64,000 nt of DNA. It comes from an uncultured Bacteroidota bacterium. GTDB lineage: Bacteria > Bacteroidota > Bacteroidia > Flavobacteriales > BACL11. Below are positions 10,026-20,856 of the stretch, piece by piece. The translations under genes were made by a program, and so were the position numbers. Position 1 is the first letter of the stretch. Each line of letters starts with the position of its first letter. The notes under the pieces were generated by a model that was not told where the DNA came from, made no database searches, and was given only the letters and a program-made list of their open reading frames with translations. The stretch covers positions 8,809-72,808 of the forward strand of contig CACIJW010000005.1 of the NCBI GenBank assembly GCA_902587125.1, in the 5' to 3' direction.

Positions 10026-10649
10026 TTGAAAAAATCAAAAAAGAGGGAGTTTATAGTCCAAACTCTTGAGAATCTTTATCCTATTGTTGAAATACCTCTG
10101 GATCACATTAATGATTTTACTTTTTTAATTGCAGTAATGTTAAGTGCTCAGAGCACTGATAAAAAAGTGAATGAAATAACTCCAGATCTTTTTTCTCTTG
10201 CACCAAATCCAGAAAAAATGGTAGATTTGGGAGTCCACAAAATTAAAAAGCTCATAAGACAGATTGGCCTTGCTCCAACGAAAGCAAAAAATATTTTTAT
10301 GACCTCTGAAATTTTAATTGAAAAATTTAACTCTAAAGTTCCAGATAATTTTGAAGATTTGGAAAGTCTTCCAGGTGTAGGACACAAAACCTCTTCTGTA
10401 ATAATGTCTCAAATTTTTAAAGTACCTGCATTTCCTGTCGATACACATATACACAGGCTAGCAAAAAGATGGCGTTTAAGTTCTGGAAAAAATGTAAAAA
10501 AAACTGAGGAGGATTTAAAAAAGTTTTTTGAAAAGAATTTATGGAACAAATTACATTTACAAATTATTTTTTATGGCAGAGAGTTCTGTAAAGCAAGCAA
10601 AAATAAATCAAATTGTGAATGTAAAATTTGTATTTGCTCACGCATTTAA
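10026..10649 (+). CDS. nth: Endonuclease III (HhH-GPD DNA glycosylase/AP lyase)
   Basis: LIAVMLSAQSTD, HhH LESLPGVGHKT, FPVDTHIHR, C-terminal Cys cluster. Confidence 0.93.
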   Translation: MKKSKKREFIVQTLENLYPIVEIPLDHINDFTFLIAVMLSAQSTDKKVNEITPDLFSLAPNPEKMVDLGVHKIKKLIRQIGLAPTKAKNIFMTSEILIEKFNSKVPDNFEDLESLPGVGHKTSSVIMSQIFKVPAFPVDTHIHRLAKRWRLSSGKNVKKTEEDLKKFFEKNLWNKLHLQIIFYGREFCKASKNKSNCECKICICSRI

Positions 10650-10734
10650 CGATTTTCGTAAATGTTAATAAATCCTTATTTATAAATCAAATATTAGGTA
10701 TTAATTTAGGTAATTTGTAAAAAAATATATTAAA

Positions 10735-11718
10735 ATGGCTAAGAAAGAAGATAAACTTAAAGCGTTAGAATTAACCTTAGGTAAACTTGAAAAATCTTAT
10801 GGAAAGGGGGTTGTGATGAAGTTAGGAGATAAAGTTCAAGAAAATGTTTCATCAATCCCATCAGGCTCTATTGGACTTGATGCAGCACTTGGCGTTGGTG
10901 GGTATCCCAAAGGTAGAGTAATTGAAATTTATGGACCCGAGTCATCTGGAAAAACAACTTTAACAATTCATGCAATTGCAGAAGTCCAAAAACAGGGAGG
11001 TATCGCGGCGTTTATTGATGCTGAACATGCTTTTGATGCTACATATGCATCAAATTTGGGCGTAAAAATAGATGAGTTGTTGATATCACAACCAGATAAT
11101 GGAGAACAAGCTTTGGAAGTTGCAGATCACTTAATCAGTTCAGGTGCAGTTGATTTAGTTGTTATTGATTCTGTTGCAGCATTAACACCGAGATCTGAGA
11201 TAGAGGGAGAAATGGGTGATTCAAAAATGGGACTTCATGCAAGATTAATGTCTCAAGCGTTAAGGAAATTGACAGCTACAATAAACAAAACTGGTTGCAC
11301 TTGTATTTTTATAAATCAAATCAGAATGAAAATAGGCGTTATGTTTGGAAATCCAGAAACAACAACAGGTGGTAATGCTTTAAAGTTTTATTCTTCAGTT
11401 AGATTGGATATTAGAAGGATAGGAGCTATAAAAAACGGAGATGAAGTTATTGGAAATCGAACCAGAGTCAAAGTAGTTAAAAATAAAGTCGCACCTCCAT
11501 TTAAAAAAGTTGAATTTGATATAATGTTTGGTGAAGGAATATCATCATCAGGAGAATTACTTGACATTGCTGTGGAATTAGATATAATTCAAAAAAGTGG
11601 TTCATGGTTTTCTTATGAAGACGCTAAGTTAGGTCAAGGAAGAGATTCTGTTAAAAAAATATTAAGTGATAATTTAGAGCTTTGTGAAAGTATTAAACAA
11701 AAAATTAGTTCAACATAA
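10735..11718 (+). CDS. recA: Recombinase RecA
   Basis: [51 protein letters not shown]. Confidence 0.99.
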   Translation: MAKKEDKLKALELTLGKLEKSYGKGVVMKLGDKVQENVSSIPSGSIGLDAALGVGGYPKGRVIEIYGPESSGKTTLTIHAIAEVQKQGGIAAFIDAEHAFDATYASNLGVKIDELLISQPDNGEQALEVADHLISSGAVDLVVIDSVAALTPRSEIEGEMGDSKMGLHARLMSQALRKLTATINKTGCTCIFINQIRMKIGVMFGNPETTTGGNALKFYSSVRLDIRRIGAIKNGDEVIGNRTRVKVVKNKVAPPFKKVEFDIMFGEGISSSGELLDIAVELDIIQKSGSWFSYEDAKLGQGRDSVKKILSDNLELCESIKQKISST

Positions 11719-12748
11719 GTTTTTCACTTTTATTTTATTTACATTTTTTATAGTCTGCTGTTCAGATACAAGTCAGAAGGCTGATAATAAGTTAAGTATT
11801 TCAGAAAAAATAAGGTTAGAACCCAATAATGTCAAGTTGTTGAACGAACGTATAATGAGTAACTATTCAAAAGGAAAGCTAGAAGCTTGTCTTTTTGACT
11901 TAGAACATTGTATAAAAATCGATAGTCTAAATGCTAAGAATTATTATTTAGCCTCAAAAATATTTTTTGAAATATCAAAAGAAAATCACACCAAAAATGA
12001 CTATCCAAATTTAGCATTAGAGTACATAAACAAATCAATAAAAATTAGTCAAAATGATCCTAAAGCATTTGCTCTAAGAGGAGAAATTCTTCTTGCATTT
12101 GGTAAATATAAAGATGCAATTGAAATGTTCAATAAATCACTGGAGTTAGATTACAATCAATCTAATGTTCACTTGCTTTTAGGCTACTGTTTCAAGAACT
12201 TAAATAATATTGAAAATTCAATTACTTGTTTTTATAACTCAATTGATGTTGATCCACAGCATGTAGAGTCATATATTCAATTAGGACAAGTATATCACAA
12301 AAAGTTAGATACTCTAGCTATTAAGTACTATAATTCTGCATTAAGATTAGATTCAAAAAATATTAATACATTATACAATAAAGCGTTATTTTATCAGCAT
12401 ATTAAGGATTATAATAAAGCTATTGAAGGATATAACCAATTATTCAAATATGACCCCTTTAATATGAATGGACATTATAATTTAGGTTTTATTCATATGG
12501 AGCTTGGAGTTTATGATGTTGCTGCAAATAACTTTTCAGATGCAATATACTCATACAGCAATTTTCACGAGGCATATTATTCTAGAGGTATTTGTTTTGA
12601 GAACTTAGGAAATATAGCTCAAGCTGAGGTTGATTACAAAAGAGCACTAGAAATCAAACCGGACTATACATATGCAAAGGAAGCATATGACCAACTATTA
12701 ACCAAAAATAATAAATTAAATTATGAGTATTCAGGAAAAAATAAATAA
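11684..12748 (+). CDS. Tetratricopeptide-repeat protein, probable lipoprotein
   Basis: Multiple tandem TPR-like units (e.g. [30 protein letters not shown]); hydrophobic N-terminus ending IVCCS. Confidence 0.8.
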   Translation: MKVLNKKLVQHKFFTFILFTFFIVCCSDTSQKADNKLSISEKIRLEPNNVKLLNERIMSNYSKGKLEACLFDLEHCIKIDSLNAKNYYLASKIFFEISKENHTKNDYPNLALEYINKSIKISQNDPKAFALRGEILLAFGKYKDAIEMFNKSLELDYNQSNVHLLLGYCFKNLNNIENSITCFYNSIDVDPQHVESYIQLGQVYHKKLDTLAIKYYNSALRLDSKNINTLYNKALFYQHIKDYNKAIEGYNQLFKYDPFNMNGHYNLGFIHMELGVYDVAANNFSDAIYSYSNFHEAYYSRGICFENLGNIAQAEVDYKRALEIKPDYTYAKEAYDQLLTKNNKLNYEYSGKNK

Positions 12749-13178
12749 TGAAATAAAGCTTTCGATGAAGGAGAAGAATGTTGACAAGCTTGCAGCTCTA
12801 CGATCAGTAAAATCTGCAATTTTGTTAGAACTTACTAAAGACGGAAAAACAAATATGAGTGATGAAATAGCGATTCAAATTATTTCGAAATTAGTCAAAC
12901 AAAGAAAAGAATCAGCCTCAATTTTTAAAAGTAAAAATAGGATGGATCTCGAAAAAGAAGAATTATCACAAATTAAATATCTTGAAGTTTATTTACCTAA
13001 ACAACTCAGTGAGGGTGAAATAGAGCAATATATAAGAACAAAACTTAATGAAATGGATAATGTTTCACTAAAAGACATGGGTAGTTTGATGGGCTTGCTG
13101 ATGAAAGAATTATCTGGAAAAGCAGATGGTAAGATAATATCTAAGATTTTGAAGAGAAAATTATCTGAAAAAGATTAA
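12723..13178 (+). CDS. yqeY: GatB/YqeY domain protein
   Basis: [44 protein letters not shown] motifs. Confidence 0.9.
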   Translation: MSIQEKINNEIKLSMKEKNVDKLAALRSVKSAILLELTKDGKTNMSDEIAIQIISKLVKQRKESASIFKSKNRMDLEKEELSQIKYLEVYLPKQLSEGEIEQYIRTKLNEMDNVSLKDMGSLMGLLMKELSGKADGKIISKILKRKLSEKD

Positions 13179-13528
13179 CTATCTTTTTCTATTTCAGAAA
13201 CAATATCACTGAAAGTTTCAGGATGATTCATAGCCAAATCAGCTAAAACTTTTCTATTTATCTCAACATTTGATTTATTCAAAAGATTAATCATCTTTGA
13301 GTAAGACATTCCATTTAATCTCGCTCCTGCATTGATTCTTTGAATCCACAATGCTCTGAACTCTCTTTTCTTATTTTTTCTGTCTCTGTAGGCGTAAGAA
13401 AGTGCTTTTTCTACAGCATTTTTTGCAACTGTATAAACATTTTTCCTTCTACCGAAATAACCTTTGGCAGCTTTGATAATCTTACCTCTTTTTCTTTTAG
13501 ATGCTACTGTATTTACTGATCTTGGCAT
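13175..13528 (-). CDS. rplT: 50S ribosomal protein L20
   Basis: [41 protein letters not shown]. Confidence 0.99.
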   Translation of the reverse strand: MPRSVNTVASKRKRGKIIKAAKGYFGRRKNVYTVAKNAVEKALSYAYRDRKNKKREFRALWIQRINAGARLNGMSYSKMINLLNKSNVEINRKVLADLAMNHPETFSDIVSEIEKDS

Positions 13529-13540
13529 AATTTTTTTAAT

Positions 13541-13735
13541 TTATAAACAAAGTTGTGCTTTTATATTTTTTTCATCAGATTTATGCACTAATGTTGTTTT
13601 GGTTAAATTTCTTTTTTGTTTAGTCTCTTTTTTTGTTAAAATGTGAGACTTAAAAGCGTGCTTTCTTTTAATCTTACCAGAGCCAGTTAATTTAAACCTC
13701 TTCTTAGCTCCAGATTTTGTTTTCATTTTTGGCAT
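13541..13735 (-). CDS. rpmI: 50S ribosomal protein L35
   Basis: [30 protein letters not shown]. Confidence 0.99.
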   Translation of the reverse strand: MPKMKTKSGAKKRFKLTGSGKIKRKHAFKSHILTKKETKQKRNLTKTTLVHKSDEKNIKAQLCL

Positions 13736-13739
13736 AATC

Positions 13740-14276
13740 TTATTTTTTCTTTATTGGCGCTACTACCATTGTCATTTTTTTTCCTTCCAGCTTTGGCATT
13801 ACTTCAACAACACCAATTTCTTCAAGTGCTTGAGCTAATTTTAATAATAAAATTTCGCCTTGTTCTTTAAATATAATTGTTCTTCCTCTAAAAAAAACAA
13901 AAGCTTTGACTTTAGCACCTTCTTGCAAAAACTTTTGAGCATGTTTTAGCTTAAAATCAAAGTCATGTTCTCCTGTATTAGGTCCAAATCTTATTTCTTT
14001 GATAATAATTTTTTGAGCTTTTTGCTTTATAGCTTTTTGCTTCTTTTTTTGATCATAAACAAACTTCTTATAGTCAATAACCTTGCAAACAGGAGGGTCA
14101 GCTTTTGGAGAAATTTCAACTAAGTCTAATCCCTTATTTTGGGCAATCATCATTGCTTTGTCTAGCGCAATTATTTTCGATTCAATGTTATCTCCAACAA
14201 TTCTGATGAAAGGAGCCACAATCTGATTGTTGATTTTTAATCTGTTGCTCTCTTTTTTTTTATAACCTTTCTTTAT
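13740..14276 (-). CDS. infC: Translation initiation factor IF-3 (probable non-AUG start; ORF track starts at GTG 14219)
   Basis: [34 protein letters not shown]; frame stays open upstream through KINNQI to an in-frame ATA at 14276-14274; exact start uncertain. Confidence 0.93.
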   Translation of the reverse strand: MKKGYKKKESNRLKINNQIVAPFIRIVGDNIESKIIALDKAMMIAQNKGLDLVEISPKADPPVCKVIDYKKFVYDQKKKQKAIKQKAQKIIIKEIRFGPNTGEHDFDFKLKHAQKFLQEGAKVKAFVFFRGRTIIFKEQGEILLLKLAQALEEIGVVEVMPKLEGKKMTMVVAPIKKK

Positions 14277-14292
14277 AACCTTATTATTTGCT

Positions 14293-16227
14293 TTAAACCA
14301 AACTTTTGTCTATCTCATCTTTTATCATCAAAGTAAATTCCTCCAAACTCAATTGACCTAAATCTTCTCCACCATGTCTTCTAACACTCATCAAGTTTTT
14401 CTTTACTTCTTTCTCACCAACTACTATTATGAAAGGCACCTTTGAAAGTTCAGCATCTCTAATTTTTCTTCCAGTTCTTTCAGACCTTTCATCAATCAGG
14501 CCGCAAATATCGTAATTTTTTAATAAATCCATGATTTTCTTGCAATAATCATTGTATTTGTCACTAATTGGTAAAATAATATATTGTTCAGGGGACAACC
14601 AAAGAGGAAAGTTACCTTCACAATGCTCAATAAGGACAGAAATAAATCTTTCTAATGATCCAAATGGTGCTCTATGAATCATAACTGGACGATACTTTTT
14701 ATTATCGGAACCAGTGTACTCTAGTTCAAATCTCTCTGGTAAATTATAATCTACTTGAATTGTACCCAGTTGCCATTCTCTTCCAATAGCATCTTTGACC
14801 ATGAAATCTAATTTCGGTCCATAAAATGCAGCTTCTCCGTATTCAATTACACAATCAAGGCCTTTTTCTCTAGTTGCTTCAATAATTGCATTTTCCGACT
14901 TTTGCCAATTTTCATCTGAGCCAATGTACTTTTCTTTTTTATTTGTGTCTCTTAATGATATTTGTGTTTTAAAATCTTTGAATCCTAGAGAGTTGAATAT
15001 ATATAGTACTAAATCAATTACATTTATAAATTCTTGTTTGAGCTGGTCTGGTCTTGCAAAAATATGAGCATCATCTTGCGTGAACCCCCTTACTCTGGTC
15101 AGTCCATGTAGTTCACCAGATTGCTCATATCTGTACACAGTTCCAAACTCAGCAAAACGAACGGGCAAATCACGATAAGAATATTTTTTTGCTTTGTAAA
15201 TTTCACAATGATGAGGACAGTTCATAGGCTTGAGAATAAACTCTTCATTTTCACTAGGTGTCTTTATTGGTTGAAATGAATCCTCCCCATATTTTTCATA
15301 GTGGCCTGATAATACATACAAATCTTTATTTCCAATGTGAGGAGTTGATACAGATAAATAACCAGCTTTTTCTTGAGCTTTTCTAAGAAAATTTTCGAGC
15401 TTCTCTTTGAGTTTAGTTCCTTTGGGTAACCACAGTGGTAGACCTTGTCCAACTTTATTTGAGAAAGTGAATAGCTCCATTTCTTTACCTAGCTTTCTAT
15501 GATCTCTTTTCTTTGCCTCCTCCAGCATTTCTAGATACTCCTGCAATTCTTTTCTCTTAGGAAAGGAGATGCCATAAATTCTAGTTAGTTGATTATTAGT
15601 CTCATCACCTTTCCAGTATGCACCCGCAACATTTAAAAGCTTTATTGACTTGATTTTTCCAGTATCAGGAATATGTGGACCTCTACAAAGATCTGTAAAA
15701 TTACCTTGTTTGTAAAAAGTTATATCTCCATCTTTCAAATCTTGCAATAGTTCTACTTTATAGACATCATTTCTTTTAGTAAAATAACCTACGGCGTCTT
15801 TTTTTGATATTTCTTGTCTATGAAAAATATTTTTTTGTCTTGAAAGTTCAGTCATTTTTGTTTCAATTGATAAAAAGTCTTCAGATGATATCTTGTTATC
15901 TCCAAAATCAATATCATAATAAAATCCATTATCAACTGCAGGGCCAATGCCAAACTTAGCTTTTGGATATAATACTTGAACAGCTTCAGCTAATAAATGA
16001 GCCGAGGAGTGCCAAAAAACTTCTTTACCTTCTTTGTCTTTAAATGTGTAAAATTCTACAGAGGCATCATTGTTAATCTTGGCATTTATATCAACAAGTC
16101 TACCGTTAACTTTGGAAACTAATATATTTCTTGCAAGACCCTCAGAAATACTTAAAGCAACTTCATATGAAGTGACTCCACTTTTAAAGCTTTCACTTTT
16201 ACCATCTGGAAACGTAATACTAATCAT
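14293..16227 (-). CDS. thrS: Threonine--tRNA ligase
   Basis: TGS domain, [54 protein letters not shown]. Confidence 0.98.
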   Translation of the reverse strand: MISITFPDGKSESFKSGVTSYEVALSISEGLARNILVSKVNGRLVDINAKINNDASVEFYTFKDKEGKEVFWHSSAHLLAEAVQVLYPKAKFGIGPAVDNGFYYDIDFGDNKISSEDFLSIETKMTELSRQKNIFHRQEISKKDAVGYFTKRNDVYKVELLQDLKDGDITFYKQGNFTDLCRGPHIPDTGKIKSIKLLNVAGAYWKGDETNNQLTRIYGISFPKRKELQEYLEMLEEAKKRDHRKLGKEMELFTFSNKVGQGLPLWLPKGTKLKEKLENFLRKAQEKAGYLSVSTPHIGNKDLYVLSGHYEKYGEDSFQPIKTPSENEEFILKPMNCPHHCEIYKAKKYSYRDLPVRFAEFGTVYRYEQSGELHGLTRVRGFTQDDAHIFARPDQLKQEFINVIDLVLYIFNSLGFKDFKTQISLRDTNKKEKYIGSDENWQKSENAIIEATREKGLDCVIEYGEAAFYGPKLDFMVKDAIGREWQLGTIQVDYNLPERFELEYTGSDNKKYRPVMIHRAPFGSLERFISVLIEHCEGNFPLWLSPEQYIILPISDKYNDYCKKIMDLLKNYDICGLIDERSERTGRKIRDAELSKVPFIIVVGEKEVKKNLMSVRRHGGEDLGQLSLEEFTLMIKDEIDKSLV

Positions 16228-16242
16228 AAAAAAAAATGCTTA

Positions 16243-16250
16243 CAAATATA
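16243..16250 (-). promoter_or_regulatory. -7 promoter element (TATATTTG) for thrS-infC-rpmI-rplT
   Basis: Exact TAnnTTTG in the short gap, 15 nt before the thrS ATG. Confidence 0.6.
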
Positions 16251-16265
16251 ACAAACTCAAATGAG

Positions 16266-17864
16266 CTATGTTTGCATAACACCGTTAGAGTAAGATTCAT
16301 TTATTTCTTTCATACATGATACTTCCAAAGATTTGGAAATAGCTTCTCTTGTTTTTGCTGGATCGATTATTTTGTCAATCCATAAATTTGAGGCTGCATT
16401 ATATGCACTTGCACTTTTATTATAATTTTCTATTATCTCTATATATTCAGGATCATCTTTTTTATATGCTTTTTTATTAAGTTGCATGATAACTTTAGCT
16501 GCTTGCTCACCTCCCATTACAGCAATTTTAGAATTTGGCCAGGCGAAAATAAATCGAGGATCATATGCTTTACCACACATTGCATAATTTCCTGCACCAT
16601 ATGAGTTTCCTATTATAATTGTAATTTTTGGGACAATAGTGTTACTCACAGCATTAACTAGCTTAGCTCCATTTTTTATTATTCCTCCCTTTTCAGATTT
16701 AGATCCTACCATAAATCCTGTCACATCTTGTAAAAAAATAATTGGAATCTTTTTTTGATTACATATTGATACAAATCGAGCAGCTTTATTGGCTGAATCA
16801 GAATAAATTACACCCCCAAATTGCATTTCACCTGAACTTGATTTTATAATTTTTCTTTGATTTGCTACAATACCAACTGACCATCCATCGACTCTAGCAT
16901 AACCGCAAACAATAGTCTTTCCATAATCTTTTTTGTATTCAAGAAATTCTGATTTGTCTACAATACATTCAATTATTTCAAGAACATCATAATTGTCTTT
17001 GATTTCTTTTGGAATAATTCCATAGATTTTTGAACTTTCATATAAGGGCATTTCAGATTTAGTTCTGTCAAAGCTTTTATTTTCTTTTAAATTAATTTTT
17101 TCAAAAATTGATTTGATTTTATCTAAAGCATCTTTATCATTATTGGCTTTATAGTCTGTAACTCCTGAAATTTCACAATGTGTTTTCGCTCCGCCAAGTT
17201 CCTCATTTTCAACAATCTCTCCTATAGCTGCTTTCACAAGATGACTACCTGCAAGAAAAATACTTCCAGTTTTTTCTACTATAATTGACTCGTCACTCAT
17301 AATTGGTAGATAAGCCCCCCCTGCAACGCATGGTCCCATAATGGCTGCAACTTGATAAATTCCTTTTGAGCTTAGTATTGCATTATTTCTAAAGACTCTA
17401 CCAAAATTCTCTTTATCAGGAAAAATTTGATCTTGTAGTTGTAAAAATACTCCCGCACTATCAACAAGATAAACTATTGGAACATGATTTTCAATTGCTA
17501 TCTCTTGAACTCTAAGATTTTTTTTCGCAGTCGTTGGAAACCATGCACCTGACTTGACAGTTGAGTCATTTGCAATAATCAAGCATAATTTCTTATTAAT
17601 TCTTGCAATACCAGCCACGACGCCACCGCACGGACATCCACCAAACTCCTCATACTTTCCGTAACCGGCAAACTCTGCGATTTCAAAAAAAGAATCATCA
17701 TCTACAAGGTATTCAATTCTCTCTCTCGCAGTTAGCTTATTCTTTTTATGAACCTTATCAATTTTTTCTTTTCCACCACCAACATATATCTTGTCAAGCT
17801 TTTTTTTCATGTCCGAAACAAGAAGTTTCGAGTAGTCTTCATTAATGTTGAATTTTAAATCCAC
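16266..17864 (-). CDS. mccB: Acyl-CoA carboxylase carboxyltransferase (beta) subunit, methylcrotonyl-CoA carboxylase type
   Basis: LTARERI, ANDSTVKSGAW, YLVDSAG, GPCVAGGAY, ELGGA..H..ISG, QDVTGFMVG, SYGAGNYAMCG; substrate assignment is family-level. Confidence 0.8.
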   Translation of the reverse strand: MDLKFNINEDYSKLLVSDMKKKLDKIYVGGGKEKIDKVHKKNKLTARERIEYLVDDDSFFEIAEFAGYGKYEEFGGCPCGGVVAGIARINKKLCLIIANDSTVKSGAWFPTTAKKNLRVQEIAIENHVPIVYLVDSAGVFLQLQDQIFPDKENFGRVFRNNAILSSKGIYQVAAIMGPCVAGGAYLPIMSDESIIVEKTGSIFLAGSHLVKAAIGEIVENEELGGAKTHCEISGVTDYKANNDKDALDKIKSIFEKINLKENKSFDRTKSEMPLYESSKIYGIIPKEIKDNYDVLEIIECIVDKSEFLEYKKDYGKTIVCGYARVDGWSVGIVANQRKIIKSSSGEMQFGGVIYSDSANKAARFVSICNQKKIPIIFLQDVTGFMVGSKSEKGGIIKNGAKLVNAVSNTIVPKITIIIGNSYGAGNYAMCGKAYDPRFIFAWPNSKIAVMGGEQAAKVIMQLNKKAYKKDDPEYIEIIENYNKSASAYNAASNLWIDKIIDPAKTREAISKSLEVSCMKEINESYSNGVMQT

Positions 17865-17873
17865 AATTTTTAT

Positions 17874-18473
17874 TTAAATATAAATACTTTTTAAATATTT
17901 TTTGGAATCAGGACCCAAATTAAAAATTAAGTCAATAATAGAAAGTTCAATTTTATTATCATGTTCTTTAAAAACTTTAGAGTAATTATATTGTTGTAAA
18001 TATTTTTGATCCCTATAATCCATTTCTTTATTCTGAGTAATAACATAATTAGTAGAGTAAATGCAATTACATTTAATTTTTAAAATATCTAAAATTAAAT
18101 CATTCAATTTCCTATTTAGTTCAAAAAGATAATTGTGTTTACATGAGTATATATTTTCAAAATCATCTTTATAATATTTAAAATATGGTGAAGAATTATA
18201 ACAACTTATTATCGCTTTCCAATGCTTGCTAGCCCATTTACTAATTGTGAAAATCTCTATTTTGTTCATGCTTCTGAACATTGTTTTTTTTTTGGGAACA
18301 GTTAATAAAATATGCCCGTTTGGTCCCAATAAATATGCTCTATTTCTAATACTTCTTTTTACGAAATTTTCATGAATATCAATAATTGCTGCTCTATTCT
18401 TGCTTAAAAAGTAATAGTATGAGATTGGAGCTAAATACGCTGATGGTAAAACAATAAAATCTTTACTTAACAC
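17874..18473 (-). CDS. WbqC-like family protein
   Basis: LPSAYLAPISYY, RNRAYL..LLTVP, YNSSPYF, LSIIDLIFNLGP; follows lepB as usual in Bacteroidota. Confidence 0.8.
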   Translation of the reverse strand: MLSKDFIVLPSAYLAPISYYYFLSKNRAAIIDIHENFVKRSIRNRAYLLGPNGHILLTVPKKKTMFRSMNKIEIFTISKWASKHWKAIISCYNSSPYFKYYKDDFENIYSCKHNYLFELNRKLNDLILDILKIKCNCIYSTNYVITQNKEMDYRDQKYLQQYNYSKVFKEHDNKIELSIIDLIFNLGPDSKKYLKSIYI

Positions 18474-19710
18474 TTTTAAAAAGTCTTTTCCAGCGTACTT
18501 TTTTTATACCTTTTGCATTTTTGTCCCAGCTCATCCAAATAAACAGAGCTTTGCCAACTATGTGATCCTCTGGAACAAACCCCCAAAATCTAGAATCTGC
18601 TGAATTGTGTCTGTTATCACCCATCATCCAATAATAATTTTGCTTGAACTCATATTCGGTTACTTCTTTGTTATTTATGTAAATTATATCATTTCGTATC
18701 TCCAATAAATTGTTTTCATAATTTAAAATTATATCTTCATAAAGTTTAATATTTTCAGGAGTTAAATTTATTTTCTCACCTTTTTGTGGAACTGAAATGG
18801 GACCATAGTTATCTGAACTCCATGGCCTTTCTTTTGAATTACCAAAAATATATTCATATTTTTCTGCCTTATCAATTTTTCTTTTTATGTCAACTACATT
18901 TTTATATTTCGAGAGAATAAATCTTGTGGTGTCAGTAAGAGTTAAAACGTATTCATTTTTGTTTCTACCATAATAACTACCTTCAGTTACATCATATTTT
19001 TTGTATAATGTTTTTAAATTTAAACCTGAGCCTTTGGTTTTTATTTGATAAAAAAATTGTTTTTTCATTTCTGCAGGTTCATTGTGTTTTTTTTGATTAA
19101 CAAACAATTGACCATCTACTATTTCAATAATATCTCCTGAAATCCCAACACACCTTTTTATATAGTTTTCCTTCTTATCAACAGGTCTTCCAAGTTTTTC
19201 AGAAGGCCAGTTAAAAACAACACAGTCATTTCTTTTAACTTTTCCAATTCCTTTCATTCTATGATAAGGAAGTTGAATTATTTCACTGTATGATTTCTTT
19301 TTTGTTCCAGGAACTGTGTGGTGAACTAAAGGTACAGCAACTGGAGTCATTGGAACTCTAGGGCCATATGCTAGCTTACTGACAAAAAGAAAATCTCCAA
19401 CAAGAAGTGATTTTTCCATTGATGATGTTGGTATAGTATATGCTTCAATTAAAAATGTTCTTAATAGTGACGCTGCAATTACAGCAAAGAAAATCGCTTC
19501 GACCCAGTTTCTAAGCTCACTTTTGTTATTTTTTTTCTTTTTTCTCTTTTTCCAAAATATCCAATTTATCGTATTCCAGAACATTATGTCAGCTACAAAT
19601 AGGGGTAAAAATAGTAACCACTCACCGCCTAATGATCTAATTACAATTACATAAACTAGAGTAAAAATCGTGAAGAATAATAATTTTTTTTGAAAAGACT
19701 TATTTTTCAT
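18463..19710 (-). CDS. lepB: Signal peptidase I
   Basis: IPTSSMEKSLLVGD (catalytic Ser), NYIKRC (catalytic Lys), MMGDNRHNSADSRFWG. Confidence 0.95.
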   Translation of the reverse strand: MKNKSFQKKLLFFTIFTLVYVIVIRSLGGEWLLFLPLFVADIMFWNTINWIFWKKRKKKKNNKSELRNWVEAIFFAVIAASLLRTFLIEAYTIPTSSMEKSLLVGDFLFVSKLAYGPRVPMTPVAVPLVHHTVPGTKKKSYSEIIQLPYHRMKGIGKVKRNDCVVFNWPSEKLGRPVDKKENYIKRCVGISGDIIEIVDGQLFVNQKKHNEPAEMKKQFFYQIKTKGSGLNLKTLYKKYDVTEGSYYGRNKNEYVLTLTDTTRFILSKYKNVVDIKRKIDKAEKYEYIFGNSKERPWSSDNYGPISVPQKGEKINLTPENIKLYEDIILNYENNLLEIRNDIIYINNKEVTEYEFKQNYYWMMGDNRHNSADSRFWGFVPEDHIVGKALFIWMSWDKNAKGIKKVRWKRLFKSVK

Positions 19711-20368
19711 TTTTTAAACAATCATTAAAAGTATAAAAACCTTTCTTACCGACTAGCCATTCGGCAGACATTATTGCTCCTCTAGCAAAGGTGTCTCTGT
19801 TTTTTGCAGAATGAGTTATTTCAATTTCGTCATATGCACTTTTATAAAAAACTGTATGAATCCCCTTAATATCTTTTTCTCGCTTAGAAATAACCTTAAT
19901 GTCTTTATTGTAATATTTTTGGATTTCATTTTTTAAAAGTAGTGCTGTACCACTTGGTTTATCTAATTTTTGAATGTGGTGTTTTTCTAAAATAGAAATA
20001 TCATAATTTTTTAAATCTCTAGCTAATCTTTTGCTTACATTCAAAAACTTATTCATTGAAAGTGAAAAATTTGATGAGTGAAGAAAAGATCCATTATACT
20101 TTTCGCAAATTTTTTCAATTGTTTTAAGTTCAGCAAGCCAGCCTGTTGATCCTGATACAATAGGTAGATTACTTTTTAAACAAAATGATATATTTTCAAA
20201 TGCTGATTTGGGGTTTGTAAATTCAATTCCTATATCTGCAGTTGATAAGTCAATTTTTTTTAAATCACTTTGACAATTTACAATAGAGTGTATTTTGTAC
20301 TCTTTAGTAAGGGCAATCTTTTCAATTGCCTTACCCATTTTTCCATATCCGATTATGATTATTTTCAA
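19700..20368 (-). CDS. dapB: 4-hydroxy-tetrahydrodipicolinate reductase
   Basis: IIGYGKMG, EFT, VSGSTG, EKHHIQKLDKPSGTA, FARGA. Confidence 0.93.
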   Translation of the reverse strand: MKIIIIGYGKMGKAIEKIALTKEYKIHSIVNCQSDLKKIDLSTADIGIEFTNPKSAFENISFCLKSNLPIVSGSTGWLAELKTIEKICEKYNGSFLHSSNFSLSMNKFLNVSKRLARDLKNYDISILEKHHIQKLDKPSGTALLLKNEIQKYYNKDIKVISKREKDIKGIHTVFYKSAYDEIEITHSAKNRDTFARGAIMSAEWLVGKKGFYTFNDCLKNEK

Positions 20369-20856
20369 TTTATCGCAAAGTTAAGCTCAAAGAAAAAACT
20401 ATTATGATTGTTGTTTATTGACATTGATAAATCTTCATTCACATCAAAAGTCATAAGATGTCTATCTACAGATGCATCAATAACATTTATAAAATAGGAT
20501 AGAGCAAGTAATAAATAAGAAACATCTCTGTTTCTTCTATAGTAGTCTTTTAAAACAATTAAATCTTGACTGCTGGTATTTTCAAGTTCAGGATTTAAAT
20601 CATTTTTGTTTTGTCTATTTAAAAATTCATCTTTATATGTATTATATTTTTTATTATTGTCTGAAGCAAAGTATATGCAGGTTCCTAGGCATGTGTATAT
20701 AATTGGGATTTTCCAGAATTTTTTGTTTATAAATTGTCCTGAGCCTGGTAAAATGGAAGAGTATATTGCAACTTCTTTTGGCGTAATTTCATTTGATTGA
20801 GAAAATGAAATGTTAAACGTAAAAAAACAAAAAAATAAAAATATGAACTTATTCAT
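20365..20856 (-). CDS. DUF5683-like membrane protein
   Basis: SILPGSGQFINKKFWKIPIIY, YYRRNRD, NVIDASVD; position between parB and dapB. Confidence 0.7.
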   Translation of the reverse strand: MNKFIFLFFCFFTFNISFSQSNEITPKEVAIYSSILPGSGQFINKKFWKIPIIYTCLGTCIYFASDNNKKYNTYKDEFLNRQNKNDLNPELENTSSQDLIVLKDYYRRNRDVSYLLLALSYFINVIDASVDRHLMTFDVNEDLSMSINNNHNSFFFELNFAIN

